In this document: positions 29,340 to 39,824 of the stretch, piece after piece
How positions within the stretch are numbered: the first letter of the stretch is position 1
Layout of the letters: every line of letters starts with the position of its first letter
Assembly (NCBI GenBank): GCA_963665325.3
Contig: CAXXWS020000003.1
Location: 608,001 to 672,000, forward strand
Direction: 5' to 3'
From: Alphaproteobacteria bacterium
GTDB taxonomy: Bacteria > Pseudomonadota > Alphaproteobacteria > Bin95
DNA length: 64,000 nt
Notes under the pieces: generated by a model
What the model saw: the letters and a program-made list of their open reading frames with translations, nothing else
Told to the model about the DNA's origin: nothing
Database searches by the model: none
Program-made: the position numbers and the translations under genes

Positions 29340-30998
29340 ATGAACGAAGGCCGGATTTTCGACTATGTCGTGGTTGGCGCCGGGTCCGCGGGCTGCGTGC
29401 TCGCCAACCGGCTGACAGAGGACGGCAAGGCGACGGTGCTGCTGCTGGAGGCCGGCGGCAGTGACCGCAGCATCTTCCTGCAGATGCCCTCCGCGCTGGC
29501 CATCGCCATGGGCCACAGGCGCTATGGCTGGCACTACTGGACCGAGCCCGAGCCGCATCTGGGCGGGCGGCGCCTCCACTGCCCGCGCGGCCGGGTGCTC
29601 GGCGGTTCGTCCTCCGTCAACGGCATGGCCTATGTGCGCGGCAACCCGCTCGATTTCGAGGGCTGGGCGGAAGGCGGCGCGCCGGGCTGGGCCTATGCCG
29701 AGGTGCTGCCTTACTACCGCAAGGCCGAGAGCTTCGGCGGCGGCGGCGACGAGTGGCGCGGCGACACGGGCCCGCTCAACACCTCGCGCGGCACAATGGC
29801 GAACCCGCTCTACGGCGCCTTCATCGAGGCGGGCGAGCAGGCCGGCTACGCGCGAACTGCGGACATGAACGGCTACCGGCAGGAAGGCTTCGGGCCGATG
29901 GACATGACCGTTCACCGGGGCCGGCGCTGGAGCGCCGCCAACGCCTACCTCAGGCCGGCGGCCGGAAGGCCCAACCTGGCGGTGGAGACCGACGCTCTCG
30001 CAACCCGCATCCTGTTGGACGGCCGCCGCGCCGCCGGCATCGAATACCGCCGGGGCAACACGGTCCGCACCGCCCGGGCGCGGCGCGAGATCATCCTTTC
30101 CACCGGGCCCGTCAACGGGCCGCAGCTCCTGATGCTCTCCGGCATAGGCCCGGCCGCGCAACTCCGCGAGCACGGCATCGCGGTCGTCCACGACCTGCCC
30201 GGGATCGGCGGAAACCTCCAGGACCACCTGGAACTGTACGTGCAGCAGGAATGCACGCAGCCGATCACGCTCCATTCCGCGACCGGCCTGTTGCAGAAGG
30301 CCCTGATCGGCGCGCGCTGGGTGCTGTTCAGGTCCGGGCTCGGCGCGACCAACCACTTCGAGGCCGGCGGCTTCATCCGCTCGCGTCCGGGCATCCGCTG
30401 GCCGGACATCCAGTACCATTTCCTGCCGCTTGCGGCTTCCTACGACATGAGCGAGCAGGTCCGCTGCCACGGCTACCAGGCCCACGTCGGCCCGATGCGC
30501 TCGAAATCGCGCGGCGAGGTCCGGCTCGCATCCGCCGACCCGCTGGAGCCGCCGACGGTGCGGTTCGACTATCTGAGCCATCCCGACGACTGGGCGGAGA
30601 TGCGCGCCTGCGTCCGCCTCACACGGGAACTCTTCGCCCAGTCCGCCTTCGACCCTTATCGCGGCCGGGAGCTCGCACCGGGCGAGGCGGTGCGGAGCGA
30701 CGAGGAGATCGACGCTTTCGTGCGCGAGACCGTCCAGAGCGCCTACCACCCCTGCGGGACCTGCCGGTTGGGCACGGACGCCATGGCGGTTGTCGATCCG
30801 GAGCTGCGGGTTCGCGGCGTGGACGGCCTGCGGGTGGTGGACAGCTCCATCATGCCGGCGATCACGACCGGCAATCTCAACGCGCCGACGATCATGATTG
30901 CGGAGAAGGCCGCCGACATCGTCCGCGGGCGGCCGCCCCTGCCGCCCTCAGCCGCTCCCTTCTACACAGCGCCCGACTGGCAAACAGCCCAGCGCTGA
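29340..30998 (+). CDS. betA: Choline dehydrogenase (GMC oxidoreductase)
   Basis: [41 protein letters not shown]; divergent from choXWV. Confidence 0.92.
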   Translation: MNEGRIFDYVVVGAGSAGCVLANRLTEDGKATVLLLEAGGSDRSIFLQMPSALAIAMGHRRYGWHYWTEPEPHLGGRRLHCPRGRVLGGSSSVNGMAYVRGNPLDFEGWAEGGAPGWAYAEVLPYYRKAESFGGGGDEWRGDTGPLNTSRGTMANPLYGAFIEAGEQAGYARTADMNGYRQEGFGPMDMTVHRGRRWSAANAYLRPAAGRPNLAVETDALATRILLDGRRAAGIEYRRGNTVRTARARREIILSTGPVNGPQLLMLSGIGPAAQLREHGIAVVHDLPGIGGNLQDHLELYVQQECTQPITLHSATGLLQKALIGARWVLFRSGLGATNHFEAGGFIRSRPGIRWPDIQYHFLPLAASYDMSEQVRCHGYQAHVGPMRSKSRGEVRLASADPLEPPTVRFDYLSHPDDWAEMRACVRLTRELFAQSAFDPYRGRELAPGEAVRSDEEIDAFVRETVQSAYHPCGTCRLGTDAMAVVDPELRVRGVDGLRVVDSSIMPAITTGNLNAPTIMIAEKAADIVRGRPPLPPSAAPFYTAPDWQTAQR

Positions 30999-31013
30999 CC
31001 GACCGGCCGGATC

Positions 31014-31430
31014 CTACGGTCCGGCGTCGATCTCGATGGTGCGCGTGCGGATCTCTGGCTCCGGGCGGGCGAGATCGATATGCAGCAGCCCATTTTCTGT
31101 ATACGCCTTCTGCACCTCGATACCCTCGGCCAGCACAAAGCGGCGCTGGAACTGGCGTGCCGCGATGCCCCGGTGCAGGAAAACCCGCCCGTCCGCCTCC
31201 TCGCTCTGGCGGCCGCGCACGATCAACTGGCGGTCCTCGACCGAGATCGTGAGGTCTTCGCGCGAAAAGCCCGCTACCGCCAGCGAAATGCGCAGCCGGT
31301 TCTCGTCCGTCTGCTCGATATTGTAGGGCGGATAGCCCTCCGCCGATGCCTTCGAAACGGTATCGAGCATTTGCTCCAGACGGTCGAAACCGAGCAGCAG
31401 CGGGCTGTTGAAAACCGGTATTCGCGACAT
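31014..31430 (-). CDS. Hsp20/IbpA-family small heat-shock protein
   Basis: SPLLLGFD, YPPYNIE, LAVAGF, HRGIAARQF, ENGLLHIDL. Confidence 0.93.
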   Translation of the reverse strand: MSRIPVFNSPLLLGFDRLEQMLDTVSKASAEGYPPYNIEQTDENRLRISLAVAGFSREDLTISVEDRQLIVRGRQSEEADGRVFLHRGIAARQFQRRFVLAEGIEVQKAYTENGLLHIDLARPEPEIRTRTIEIDAGP

Positions 31431-31439
31431 GGCGCTGGC

Positions 31440-31460
31440 TCCCCTTCCGACCAAGCAGGA
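31440..31460 (-). promoter_or_regulatory. ROSE-like RNA thermometer hairpin over the Hsp20 RBS
   Basis: mRNA UCCU-G-CUU/GGUCGG/AAGGGGA: SD paired opposite a bulged G. Confidence 0.55.
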
Positions 31461-31505
31461 CGCGCACGAACCGGACCCGAGCATTGCGGCATCCGGCGGC
31501 ATTGG

Positions 31506-31534
31506 TATATGGGAGAGGGGAGAGGGAGTGCAAG
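31506..31534 (-). promoter_or_regulatory. RpoH (sigma32) promoter of Hsp20
   Basis: Minus strand CTTG-N17-CCCATATA, matching the alphaproteobacterial RpoH consensus. Confidence 0.75.
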
Positions 31535-31542
31535 CGCCGCCC

Positions 31543-34311
31543 ATGACCGAAAAGCCCGACACGACCGCTCAGCCAGTCCCGTTCACGCTAGACGGCCGCG
31601 AGGTGTCGGCGCTCCCCGGCGAGACGATATGGGAGGCTGCCGCGCGTCTCGGCACGGTACTTCCCCATCTCTGCTACGCGCCGGAGCCGGGCTACCGTGC
31701 CGACGGCAATTGCCGCGCCTGCATGGTCGAGATCGAGGGCGAGCGCGCACTGGCGCCATCCTGCCTGCGGTACCCCGAGGCGGGCATGACCGTGAACAGC
31801 GCGGGCGACCGGCCCGAGCGCGCCCGGCGCATGGTGCTGGAACTGCTGCTGGCGGATCAGCCGCCCGAGGCCCACGACCCTGCCTCGCATTTCGGCCACT
31901 GGATCGCGGATGCCGGGCTGGAAGCCGGGCGGCTGCCGGGGCGCGAGGCGCCGTCGGAGGATGTCAGCCACCCGGCCATGGCGGTCAATCTCGACGCCTG
32001 CATCCATTGCAATCTCTGCGTGCGCGCCTGCCGGGAAGTGCAGGTCAACGATGTTATCGGCATGGCCGGCCGCGGCGCGGGGACGAAGATCGTCTTCGAT
32101 TTCGACGATCCCATGGGCGCTTCGACCTGCGTGGCCTGCGGCGAGTGCGTGCAGGCCTGCCCGACGGGCGCGCTGATGCCGAAGACGGCGCTCGGCGCGC
32201 CGCCGCCCGACCGGCAGGTGGAGAGTGTGTGCCCCTATTGCGGCGTCGGCTGCCAGATCACCTATTCGATAAGCGGCGACCGGCTGGTTTCGGTCGAGGG
32301 CCGCGACGGTCCGGCCAATGAGCAACGGCTCTGCGTCAAGGGACGCTTCGGGTTCGACTACATCTCTCATCCGGAGCGGCTGACCCGCCCGCTGGTCCGC
32401 CGCGACGACGCACCGAAAGGCCTGAATGTCGATCCGGCCCGGCCGCTGACCCATTTCCGCGAGGCGACCTGGGCAGAGGCGCTGGACAGGGCCGCCGCCG
32501 GCCTCGTGGCCGCGAAGGAGGCGCACGGCCCCCGCGCGCTCGCCGGCTTCGGCTCCGCCAAGGGGTCGAACGAAGAAGCCTATCTGTTCCAGAAACTGGT
32601 CCGCACCGGCTTCGGCTCCAACAATGTGGACCACTGCACCCGCCTCTGCCACGCCTCCTCCGTGGCGGCGCTGCTGGAAGGCATCGGCTCGGGCGCGGTC
32701 ACTGCGACCTTCAACGAGGCCCGGAATGCGAACGCGCTGATCGTCATCGGCGCCAACCCGACCGAGAACCACCCCGTCGCCGCCACCTATTTCAAGCAGG
32801 CGGCGAAGCGCGGGGCGGCGCTGATCGTCATGGACCCGCGCGGCCAGGCGCTGAAACGCCATGCGACGCACATGCTGCAGTTCCGGCCCGGCCGCGATGT
32901 GGCGATGCTGAACGCGATCATGCACACCATCGTCGCCGAGGAGCTCTACGACCGCCAGTATGTCGCCGCGCACACCGCCGATTTCGAGGCGTTGAAGGAC
33001 CATCTTGCCGCCTTCCCGCCCGAGGAGATGGCGCCGCTTTGCGGCATCGACGCCGCGATGCTCAAGGAGGTTGCGCGCGTCTATGCGCGGGCCGACCGCG
33101 CGATGATCTTCTGGGGGATGGGCGTCTCCCAGCATGTCCACGGCACCGACAATGCCCGCTGCCTGATCGCGCTTGCGCTGATGTGCGGCCATGTCGGCCG
33201 GCCGGGCACCGGCCTCCACCCGCTGCGCGGGCAGAACAATGTGCAGGGCGCGTCCGACGCCGGCCTCATCCCGATGATGTATCCCGACTACAAGCGCGTT
33301 GCCGAGCCCGAGGCCCAGGCCCGATTCGAGGCGGCCTGGGGGGTGGAGCTGGACCCGGAGCCCGGCCTCACCGTGGTCGAGATCGTGGATGCGATCCACA
33401 AGGGCGGCGTGCGCGCCATGTACATCATGGGCGAGAACCCGGCGATGTCGGACCCCGACGCGACCCATGCCCGGGAGGCGCTTGCCAAGCTCGACCATCT
33501 GGTGGTGCAGGACCTGTTCCTGACCGAGACCGCGATGTTCGCCGATGTCGTGCTGCCGGCTTCGGCCTGGCCGGAGAAGGACGGGACCGTCACCAACACC
33601 AACCGCCAGGTGCAGCGCGGGCGCAAGGCGTTCGATCCCCCGGGCGAGGCGCGGGAGGACTGGCGGATCATCCGGGACATCGCCCGGCGCATGGGCCTCG
33701 ACTGGAACTACAGCCATCCGCGCGAGGTCTATGCCGAGATGGCAGGGCTGATGCCGTCGCTCGACCATATCGACTGGGAGCGGCTGGAGGCCGAGAGCGC
33801 GGTCACCTATCCGTCCGACGGGCCGGACCATCCGGGCCATCCGGTCGTGTTCGCCGACCGCTTCCCGACCGGCGACGGCCGGGCGCGGTTCGTGCCGGCC
33901 GACATCGTGCCGCCTGCCGAGGAACCCGACGCGGAGTTCCCGATGGTGCTGACCACCGGGCGGCAGTTGGAGCACTGGCACACGGGTGCCATGACTCGGC
34001 GCGCGAGCATGCTGGACGCCATCGAGCCCGAGGCCACCGCCAGCCTTGCGCCGGCGGACCTGCGCGCTTTGGGCCTTGTCCCCGGCGACCGTGTGCGCGT
34101 CGAGACCCGGCGCGGCGCCATTGAGCTTACCGCGCGCATGGACGGCGCGGTGCCGGCCGGTCTTGTCTTTGCGCCCTTTGCCTATGTCGAGGCGGCGGCC
34201 AACGTGCTCACCAATCCGCAGCTCGACCCCTGGGGGAAGATTCCGGAATTCAAGTTCTGCGCCGCCCGGGTTGTGCCGGCCGGGGAAGGGACGGCGGCAG
34301 AACGCCCGTGA
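31543..34311 (+). CDS. fdhF: Formate dehydrogenase alpha subunit (Cys type, FdsA/FdhF-like)
   Basis: N-terminal 2Fe-2S and 4Fe-4S motifs, CPYCGVGC, DHCTRLCHASS, LRGQNNVQG, IPEFKFCAA. Confidence 0.92.
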   Translation: MTEKPDTTAQPVPFTLDGREVSALPGETIWEAAARLGTVLPHLCYAPEPGYRADGNCRACMVEIEGERALAPSCLRYPEAGMTVNSAGDRPERARRMVLELLLADQPPEAHDPASHFGHWIADAGLEAGRLPGREAPSEDVSHPAMAVNLDACIHCNLCVRACREVQVNDVIGMAGRGAGTKIVFDFDDPMGASTCVACGECVQACPTGALMPKTALGAPPPDRQVESVCPYCGVGCQITYSISGDRLVSVEGRDGPANEQRLCVKGRFGFDYISHPERLTRPLVRRDDAPKGLNVDPARPLTHFREATWAEALDRAAAGLVAAKEAHGPRALAGFGSAKGSNEEAYLFQKLVRTGFGSNNVDHCTRLCHASSVAALLEGIGSGAVTATFNEARNANALIVIGANPTENHPVAATYFKQAAKRGAALIVMDPRGQALKRHATHMLQFRPGRDVAMLNAIMHTIVAEELYDRQYVAAHTADFEALKDHLAAFPPEEMAPLCGIDAAMLKEVARVYARADRAMIFWGMGVSQHVHGTDNARCLIALALMCGHVGRPGTGLHPLRGQNNVQGASDAGLIPMMYPDYKRVAEPEAQARFEAAWGVELDPEPGLTVVEIVDAIHKGGVRAMYIMGENPAMSDPDATHAREALAKLDHLVVQDLFLTETAMFADVVLPASAWPEKDGTVTNTNRQVQRGRKAFDPPGEAREDWRIIRDIARRMGLDWNYSHPREVYAEMAGLMPSLDHIDWERLEAESAVTYPSDGPDHPGHPVVFADRFPTGDGRARFVPADIVPPAEEPDAEFPMVLTTGRQLEHWHTGAMTRRASMLDAIEPEATASLAPADLRALGLVPGDRVRVETRRGAIELTARMDGAVPAGLVFAPFAYVEAAANVLTNPQLDPWGKIPEFKFCAARVVPAGEGTAAERP

Positions 34312-35432
34312 TCCGGGGCGGCCCCGCTCTTGCCGGCTGCCTGTTGCTGGCTGCAACGTCGTTTCCGGGCTTGGCGGCGGGCGCGCGTATCGTATCCGTC
34401 AACCTGCCGCTGCCCGCAGCCCATCCGGTCGCGGCTTCGGGATGGCGCGCTTTCGTCGAGGCGGCGGAGCAGGACGGGCAGTTCGAATTCCAGCTGTTTG
34501 TGGACGGCTCGCTGCTCGGCCGGGGCCGCGCGATGGCCGGTCTCGCGCATGGCGATGCGAAAATGGGCTACGCAACCTTCGCGGCTCACCCGGCAGGTCT
34601 CCGGCACCGGGTGACGCTCGGCCGCCTGGCGCTGGCCGGTCCCGACCCGGTTGCCGGCGCAGCCGCTATGACCGAGTTCGTCATGCTGCATTGCCCGTCA
34701 TGCCTGGAAGCCCTGGCGAAGCGCGGTGTCGTCTTCCTCGGCAGCCATGCGGCGGGACCCTTCCACCTGCTCTCGCCCGCGCCGCTGGCCCGCGCAGATA
34801 CCCTGGAGGGCGTGCGCATCGCCAGCCCCGGCCCCCCCTGGAATGCCCTGCTGCGCCGTCTTCACGGCCAGCCGGAGGCCGTCACCGGGAGCCTGGCGGC
34901 CGCGCTTGCGGACGGGCGGATCGATGCCGTTCTCGGCCCCGTCGCGCTGCTCGCCGACGCGCCGCTTGCGCGCCAGGTCCGCGCTGTTACGGCCATGCAT
35001 CTCGGCGTTTACCGGGTGTCGAGTCCGTTTTCCGCAAATCTAGGCTTCTGGCGGACATTGGCCCCAGAGGAACGGGCCGCTCTGCTGGACGCCGCACCGC
35101 TCGGCCTCGCCGCCGCTGCGCTTGCCTACCGGGCCGCGGACGAAAAGGCCCGCAAGGCGATGGCACAGGCCGGCACTGCCTTCAGCCGCGCGCATCCGGC
35201 GCTGGTGAAAGGGGCGATCGGGTTCGACGCCGGGGACGGGACGGTGGAACTGCGCTCCGAAGGCGATGGAGCGAACGCCCTGGCGGCCCGCTTCCGCCGG
35301 CTGCATGACAAATATGCGAGCCTGTTCGCCGAGGATAAACTGTCGATCAGGTCGGTCGCCGACGTCCTGCAGCGGGAAATATTCGACCGGCTCGACATCG
35401 AATTATACGGCCTGGGACTGGTCCGGCCGTGA
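34308..35432 (+). CDS. Divergent TRAP transporter solute-binding protein (DctP-like)
   Basis: Signal peptide, P.AHP, F.DGSLL, LEGVRI, G.IDA, FWRTL.PEER patterns. Confidence 0.65.
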   Translation: MIRGGPALAGCLLLAATSFPGLAAGARIVSVNLPLPAAHPVAASGWRAFVEAAEQDGQFEFQLFVDGSLLGRGRAMAGLAHGDAKMGYATFAAHPAGLRHRVTLGRLALAGPDPVAGAAAMTEFVMLHCPSCLEALAKRGVVFLGSHAAGPFHLLSPAPLARADTLEGVRIASPGPPWNALLRRLHGQPEAVTGSLAAALADGRIDAVLGPVALLADAPLARQVRAVTAMHLGVYRVSSPFSANLGFWRTLAPEERAALLDAAPLGLAAAALAYRAADEKARKAMAQAGTAFSRAHPALVKGAIGFDAGDGTVELRSEGDGANALAARFRRLHDKYASLFAEDKLSIRSVADVLQREIFDRLDIELYGLGLVRP

Positions 35433-36004
35433 GGCTCGGAATCGTTTCGGACCTGCATTGCAATATTGCGGGACTCGAAGAGGCCGCCCGGCTCATGGGA
35501 CCGGTGGACGACCTGTTGTGCCTCGGGGATTCCATCTACGAATACCGGTTCTCCAACGAGGTCGCCGCCTTCCTGCGAGACCGGGGCGTAAAGACGATCC
35601 TCGGCAACCACGAAGAGGTGTTCTTCGGCCTCGGCGGCGAGCGCGCGCGGCAGGCGGACTGGATCGACCCGGAGCTGATGGCGTGGCTCGGCAGCCAGCC
35701 GCGCACAAGGCGGCTCGACTATGGCGGAAAGACCCTGCTGATGGTCCATTCGACCGCCTGGGAGCCTTACGGCGCCTATGTCTATCCGCACAGCCGCGAG
35801 TTCCGCCGTTTCGGCGAGGCTGAGGCGCACTTCGTGCTCTACGGCCACACACACATGCAGGTGGCCGAGCGTGTCGGCGAGGTTCTGGTCGTCAATCCGG
35901 GCTCGGCCGGCGATGCGCGCGATCACGCCAACGGCCGCCGGCTGAGCTTCGCCGTGCTCGACACCGAAACGGAAGCGGTGGAGTTTACGGACTTCACCGT
36001 GTGA
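35429..36004 (+). CDS. YfcE-like metallophosphoesterase
   Basis: SDLHCN, CLGDS, GNHE, GHTH, VNPGS. Confidence 0.88.
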   Translation: MRLGIVSDLHCNIAGLEEAARLMGPVDDLLCLGDSIYEYRFSNEVAAFLRDRGVKTILGNHEEVFFGLGGERARQADWIDPELMAWLGSQPRTRRLDYGGKTLLMVHSTAWEPYGAYVYPHSREFRRFGEAEAHFVLYGHTHMQVAERVGEVLVVNPGSAGDARDHANGRRLSFAVLDTETEAVEFTDFTV

Positions 36005-36143
36005 CGCCCCCTGCCTTGTATGCCGTCCCCGGCCGCCGTCCCGGCGGTTGTGGGTTCGCCCCGAAACGCGGTCTAATCGGGCAGGTTTGCGCTCCAGCGG
36101 GAGGATCCCGGCGAATGCGCCCGACAGCCCGGACCGGACACCG

Positions 36144-37580
36144 ATGACATCGACGATCTCGCTGCCGGTGTGGCTGTTCGTCATCATCGTGGCGCTCGCG
36201 GTGTTCGCGGCGGTGGACGAGGTCTTCCTTCCGGGCCTGCGCTGGTATCTGCGCCGGCGCGTCAACCGGGCCATCGCCGAGGTGAACGCCCGGTTCGGCC
36301 TGGAACTGCCGACCTTCCAGCTGACCACCCGCCGGGTGCTGATCGACCGCCTCGTCTTCGACCCCGAGGTCATGCGGACCGTCGGAGAGGTCGCCGCGGG
36401 GCGCGGCGTGGAGCGCGAAAGTCTGATGGCGGACGTCTCCTCGATCGCCCGCGAGATGGTGCCGGCCTTCAACGCCTATTTCTATTTCAAGCTGGGCTAC
36501 TGGATCGCCCGCCGGCTGCTGCGCGGCTTCTACCGCGTCCGGCTGGGTTTCGCCCATGAGCGCGCGGCGGCGAAGGCGCCGCCGGACACGGCCGTCGTCT
36601 TCTTCATCAACCATCGCAGCAATGTCGATTACCTGCTGGTGACCTATCTCGCCGCCCGCTCGGTCGCGCTGTCCTACGGCGCCGGCGAGTGGGCGCGGAT
36701 CTGGCCGCTCCGCAGCCTGCTGCGCCTTGCCGGCGTCTATATCCTGCGCCGCGACTCCGGCGACCCGCTCTATCGCAAGGTGCTGGAGCGCTATGTGCAG
36801 ATGGCGACGGAGGCGTGCGTCCCCCATGCGATCTTCGCCGAGGGGAAGCTGTCCCGCGACGGCATGATCCGCCAGCCCAGGCTCGGCATGCTGGGCTACA
36901 TCACCAAGACCTTCGATCCCGCGGGCGCCTACGATATCGAGTTCATTCCCGTGGCGACCAATTTCGATCGCGTGATGGAGGAGCGCACCCTGGTCGCCAA
37001 TCCCGATGCCGACTTCAAGGGACGCGGGGGCCGGTTCGTGTTCGGCTCCACCCTCGCCTTCTTCGCCCGGATGGTGTGGCGGAAGATTCAGGGACGGTGG
37101 CCCGGCTTCGGGATGGCCTGTGCTAATTTCGGCGAGCCGGTCTCGCTGAGGGAATGGTCGCGGGAAAGGGGCGTGGACTTCTCCAGGCTGGACCGGGACG
37201 CCCTGTTCGCAGCCGTCGAGGAGCTGGGCGACGAGCTTACGCAACGGATCGTCGATGTCGTGCCGGTGCTGGCCGTGCCGGTCGTCTCTACCGTTTTGCT
37301 GGAGGCCGACGGGCCGCTCGACGGCGAAGCGATAAAACGCCGCGCGCTGCAGTGGCTGGATGACGCGCGCGCGCTCGGTGCCCATATCGGCATGAAGGAA
37401 GGCGGCGAGGCCGCGAACATCGAAACGGCGGTGCAGTCCTTGCGCAAGCGTCGGCTGATTACAGAAAAGGACGGCGGGTTCGCCCCGGAAGAGCGCCAGC
37501 GCCCGCTGCTGGACTATTACGCAGCGTCGATCCGGCAATTGCGCACCCATCTCGAGCGGAAGCGGGCCGACGCTGAATAG
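36144..37580 (+). CDS. Glycerol-3-phosphate acyltransferase (PlsB/PlsC family)
   Basis: NHRSNVDY, IFAEGKLSRDG motifs. Confidence 0.85.
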   Translation: MTSTISLPVWLFVIIVALAVFAAVDEVFLPGLRWYLRRRVNRAIAEVNARFGLELPTFQLTTRRVLIDRLVFDPEVMRTVGEVAAGRGVERESLMADVSSIAREMVPAFNAYFYFKLGYWIARRLLRGFYRVRLGFAHERAAAKAPPDTAVVFFINHRSNVDYLLVTYLAARSVALSYGAGEWARIWPLRSLLRLAGVYILRRDSGDPLYRKVLERYVQMATEACVPHAIFAEGKLSRDGMIRQPRLGMLGYITKTFDPAGAYDIEFIPVATNFDRVMEERTLVANPDADFKGRGGRFVFGSTLAFFARMVWRKIQGRWPGFGMACANFGEPVSLREWSRERGVDFSRLDRDALFAAVEELGDELTQRIVDVVPVLAVPVVSTVLLEADGPLDGEAIKRRALQWLDDARALGAHIGMKEGGEAANIETAVQSLRKRRLITEKDGGFAPEERQRPLLDYYAASIRQLRTHLERKRADAE

Positions 37581-37602
37581 TCCCGCAAATCGCGGCCTTC
37601 CG

Positions 37603-38970
37603 GTGCCGGAACTCATGATTGCATGCCTCCGTTCGCCGCTTGGCGGCCTGTTCGCGCGGCCCTGGTTCGACCGCGCGGCGCTGGCGTTCCTGTCCGGCTG
37701 GTTCTTCCCGCTGTCCCGGCTCTGGGCGGCGGCGCGGGCCGCGGAAGGTTCCGTCGAGCGCTATCGCGCCGAGGTCGGCATATCGCCGTCCCCCCGCATG
37801 GAGCGCGCGCTGGAATCGCGGCTCGCCCGCTTCGAGCAGGTCCGCGCGCAGGCCCTGCAAAGCGAGCGCGCTTGGGAGGACGCCTTTTTTCGCCCCGCTG
37901 CCCCGTCCCCGGCCGCGCTCGGGGAGGCGGAGCGGGCGCGGCTGCTCGACCGCCATGCCTACAATGTGCTGCGCCGCAGCTTCGCGCCCTTCGCGGCCTG
38001 GGGCCGGGCCGCCCCGTTCCGCTGGCGCATCCCGGAGCCCGCAGAGGTGGAGGCGCTCTATGGCGGCCTCCTCGCCGAGCCCGCACGTGCCTTTGCCGTT
38101 CCCGATCCCATGCCGTCCGTCCGGATCTCGCACGCCTTCCCGGCCGCGCCCGGCAGGCGGGACTACTGGATACGCTTCCCCTCCCCGTCGAGCCGCATGG
38201 GCGACGAGGTCATCGCGCGGGTGTACGAACCCGCCGGCGCCGCCGACCCGCCGACCCTGATCTTCGGCCACGGCATCGGCGTCGAGTTCGACCATTGGCG
38301 CGGCGTGGCGGACGAGACCGAGGGGCTTGTCGCGATGGGCGTGCGGGTGGTGCGCCCGGAAGCGCCCTGGCACGGCCGGCGGGTCCTTCCCGGGCGCTAC
38401 GGAGGCGAGCAGTTCGTGGCGACGGCGCCCTGCGGCGCCTTCGACCACTTCACCGCCGCCGTGCGCGAATGGGCGGTGCTGATCGACTGGTGCCGGCGGG
38501 TGGGCCGGGGGCCGGTCGCCATCGGCGGCAGCAGCCTCGGCGCGATGACGGCGCAGATCGTCTCCGACCGGGCGCGCGGCTGGCCGGAGCGGCTCAGGCC
38601 CGATGCGATGTTCCTGGTCACCCATTGCGGGCGCATCGAGGAGGCGATGCAGGGCTCGCTCGCCCGGGCCTGGGGCATCGCCGGCGCCACCATGGCGCAT
38701 GGCTGGACGCCGGAGCTCGCCGGGCGCTTCATGTCGCTGCTGGACCCGGTGGACGAGACCTCTGTCGCGCCGGAGAACATCGTCAGCGTCCTCGGCGCCT
38801 ATGACCGGGTTACGCCCTATGGCGGCGCGCGGGCGCTGATCGACCGCTGGGGCGTGCCGGCGGAGAACCGCTTCATCTGGCGCCGGGGCCATTTCAGCGT
38901 GCCGCTCACCATGCTGCGCAACCGCGCCCCGCTCACCCGCTTCCGCGAGGTCATGGCCGGGCTCGCCTGA
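37603..38970 (+). CDS. Alpha/beta-hydrolase family protein
   Basis: IFGHG, PWHGRR, GGSSLGA nucleophile elbow, D.VTP, GHFS. Confidence 0.7.
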   Translation: MPELMIACLRSPLGGLFARPWFDRAALAFLSGWFFPLSRLWAAARAAEGSVERYRAEVGISPSPRMERALESRLARFEQVRAQALQSERAWEDAFFRPAAPSPAALGEAERARLLDRHAYNVLRRSFAPFAAWGRAAPFRWRIPEPAEVEALYGGLLAEPARAFAVPDPMPSVRISHAFPAAPGRRDYWIRFPSPSSRMGDEVIARVYEPAGAADPPTLIFGHGIGVEFDHWRGVADETEGLVAMGVRVVRPEAPWHGRRVLPGRYGGEQFVATAPCGAFDHFTAAVREWAVLIDWCRRVGRGPVAIGGSSLGAMTAQIVSDRARGWPERLRPDAMFLVTHCGRIEEAMQGSLARAWGIAGATMAHGWTPELAGRFMSLLDPVDETSVAPENIVSVLGAYDRVTPYGGARALIDRWGVPAENRFIWRRGHFSVPLTMLRNRAPLTRFREVMAGLA

Positions 38971-39049
38971 GCGGACGCGGTTTGCAGGCCGGCGGGGCAG
39001 GCGCTAAACAACGGGCGAACGGGAACGCCATTGGCAGGAGAGGGAAACG

Positions 39050-39721
39050 ATGGGCGAGTGGATCGAGATCGCGGCGGGAGACGGCTTCGCGATGGGCTGC
39101 TACACGGCCGCGCCGGCGGGTGCGCCGAAGGGCGGCATCCTGGTCATCCAGGAGATTTTCGGCGTCAACGCGCATATCCGCGAGGTGGCGGACGGCTATG
39201 CGGCCGACGGCTATGTCGCCTGGGCGCCGTCGCTCTACGACCGGGCCGAGCGGCGCTTCGAGTGCGGCTACACGCCGGAGGACATCGCCAAGGCACGCGA
39301 CATCATGGTCGCCTCGCCGTTCGAGGCGGCGGTCCAGGACATGGCCGCGGCGATCGGGGTGCTCCGGGCTGCGGGCGCAGGCAAGATCGGCTCCGTCGGC
39401 TATTGCTGGGGCGGGTCCGCCTCCTTCCTGGTCGCCACCCGCATCGGGGTCGACGCCAGCGTCTGCTACTATGGCGGGCAGATTGCGCCCCGCAAGGACG
39501 AGCAGGCGAAGAACCCGCTGCTGATGCATTTCGGCGAGCAGGACCACGGCATCCCGATGGAAGATGTGGAGGCGATCCGCGCCGCCCAGCCTGAGGCCGA
39601 GGTGCATATCTACCCCGCCGGCCACGGCTTCAACTGCAGCCATCGCGGCGACTTCCACCCGGAGTCCGCGAAGCTCGCCCGCGACCGCAGCCTCGCCTTC
39701 TTCGCCAGCCACATGGGCTGA
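39050..39721 (+). CDS. Dienelactone hydrolase family protein
   Basis: QEIFGVN, GYCWGG, FGEQDHGI, AGHGF. Confidence 0.92.
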   Translation: MGEWIEIAAGDGFAMGCYTAAPAGAPKGGILVIQEIFGVNAHIREVADGYAADGYVAWAPSLYDRAERRFECGYTPEDIAKARDIMVASPFEAAVQDMAAAIGVLRAAGAGKIGSVGYCWGGSASFLVATRIGVDASVCYYGGQIAPRKDEQAKNPLLMHFGEQDHGIPMEDVEAIRAAQPEAEVHIYPAGHGFNCSHRGDFHPESAKLARDRSLAFFASHMG

Positions 39722-39750
39722 GCGGGGACCTTCCCCCGGCCCCATGAAAC

Positions 39751-39789
39751 CCCCCTCTCCCCGCTTCCGGGGAGAGGCTGGGAGAGGGG
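39751..39789. repeat. REP-like palindromic element
   Basis: CCTCTCCCCG-CTTC-CGGGGAGAGG 10-bp stem followed by GGGAGAGGGG; resembles dispersed proteobacterial intergenic palindromes. Confidence 0.6.
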
Positions 39790-39824
39790 CGCTGCGGCCC
39801 CGCCGGGTCGGAAGAGGAACCCCG

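Noticed and set aside
32620-32660. Selenocysteine recoding in formate dehydrogenase
   Set aside because: The active-site codon is TGC (DHCTRLCHA) and the ORF is uninterrupted
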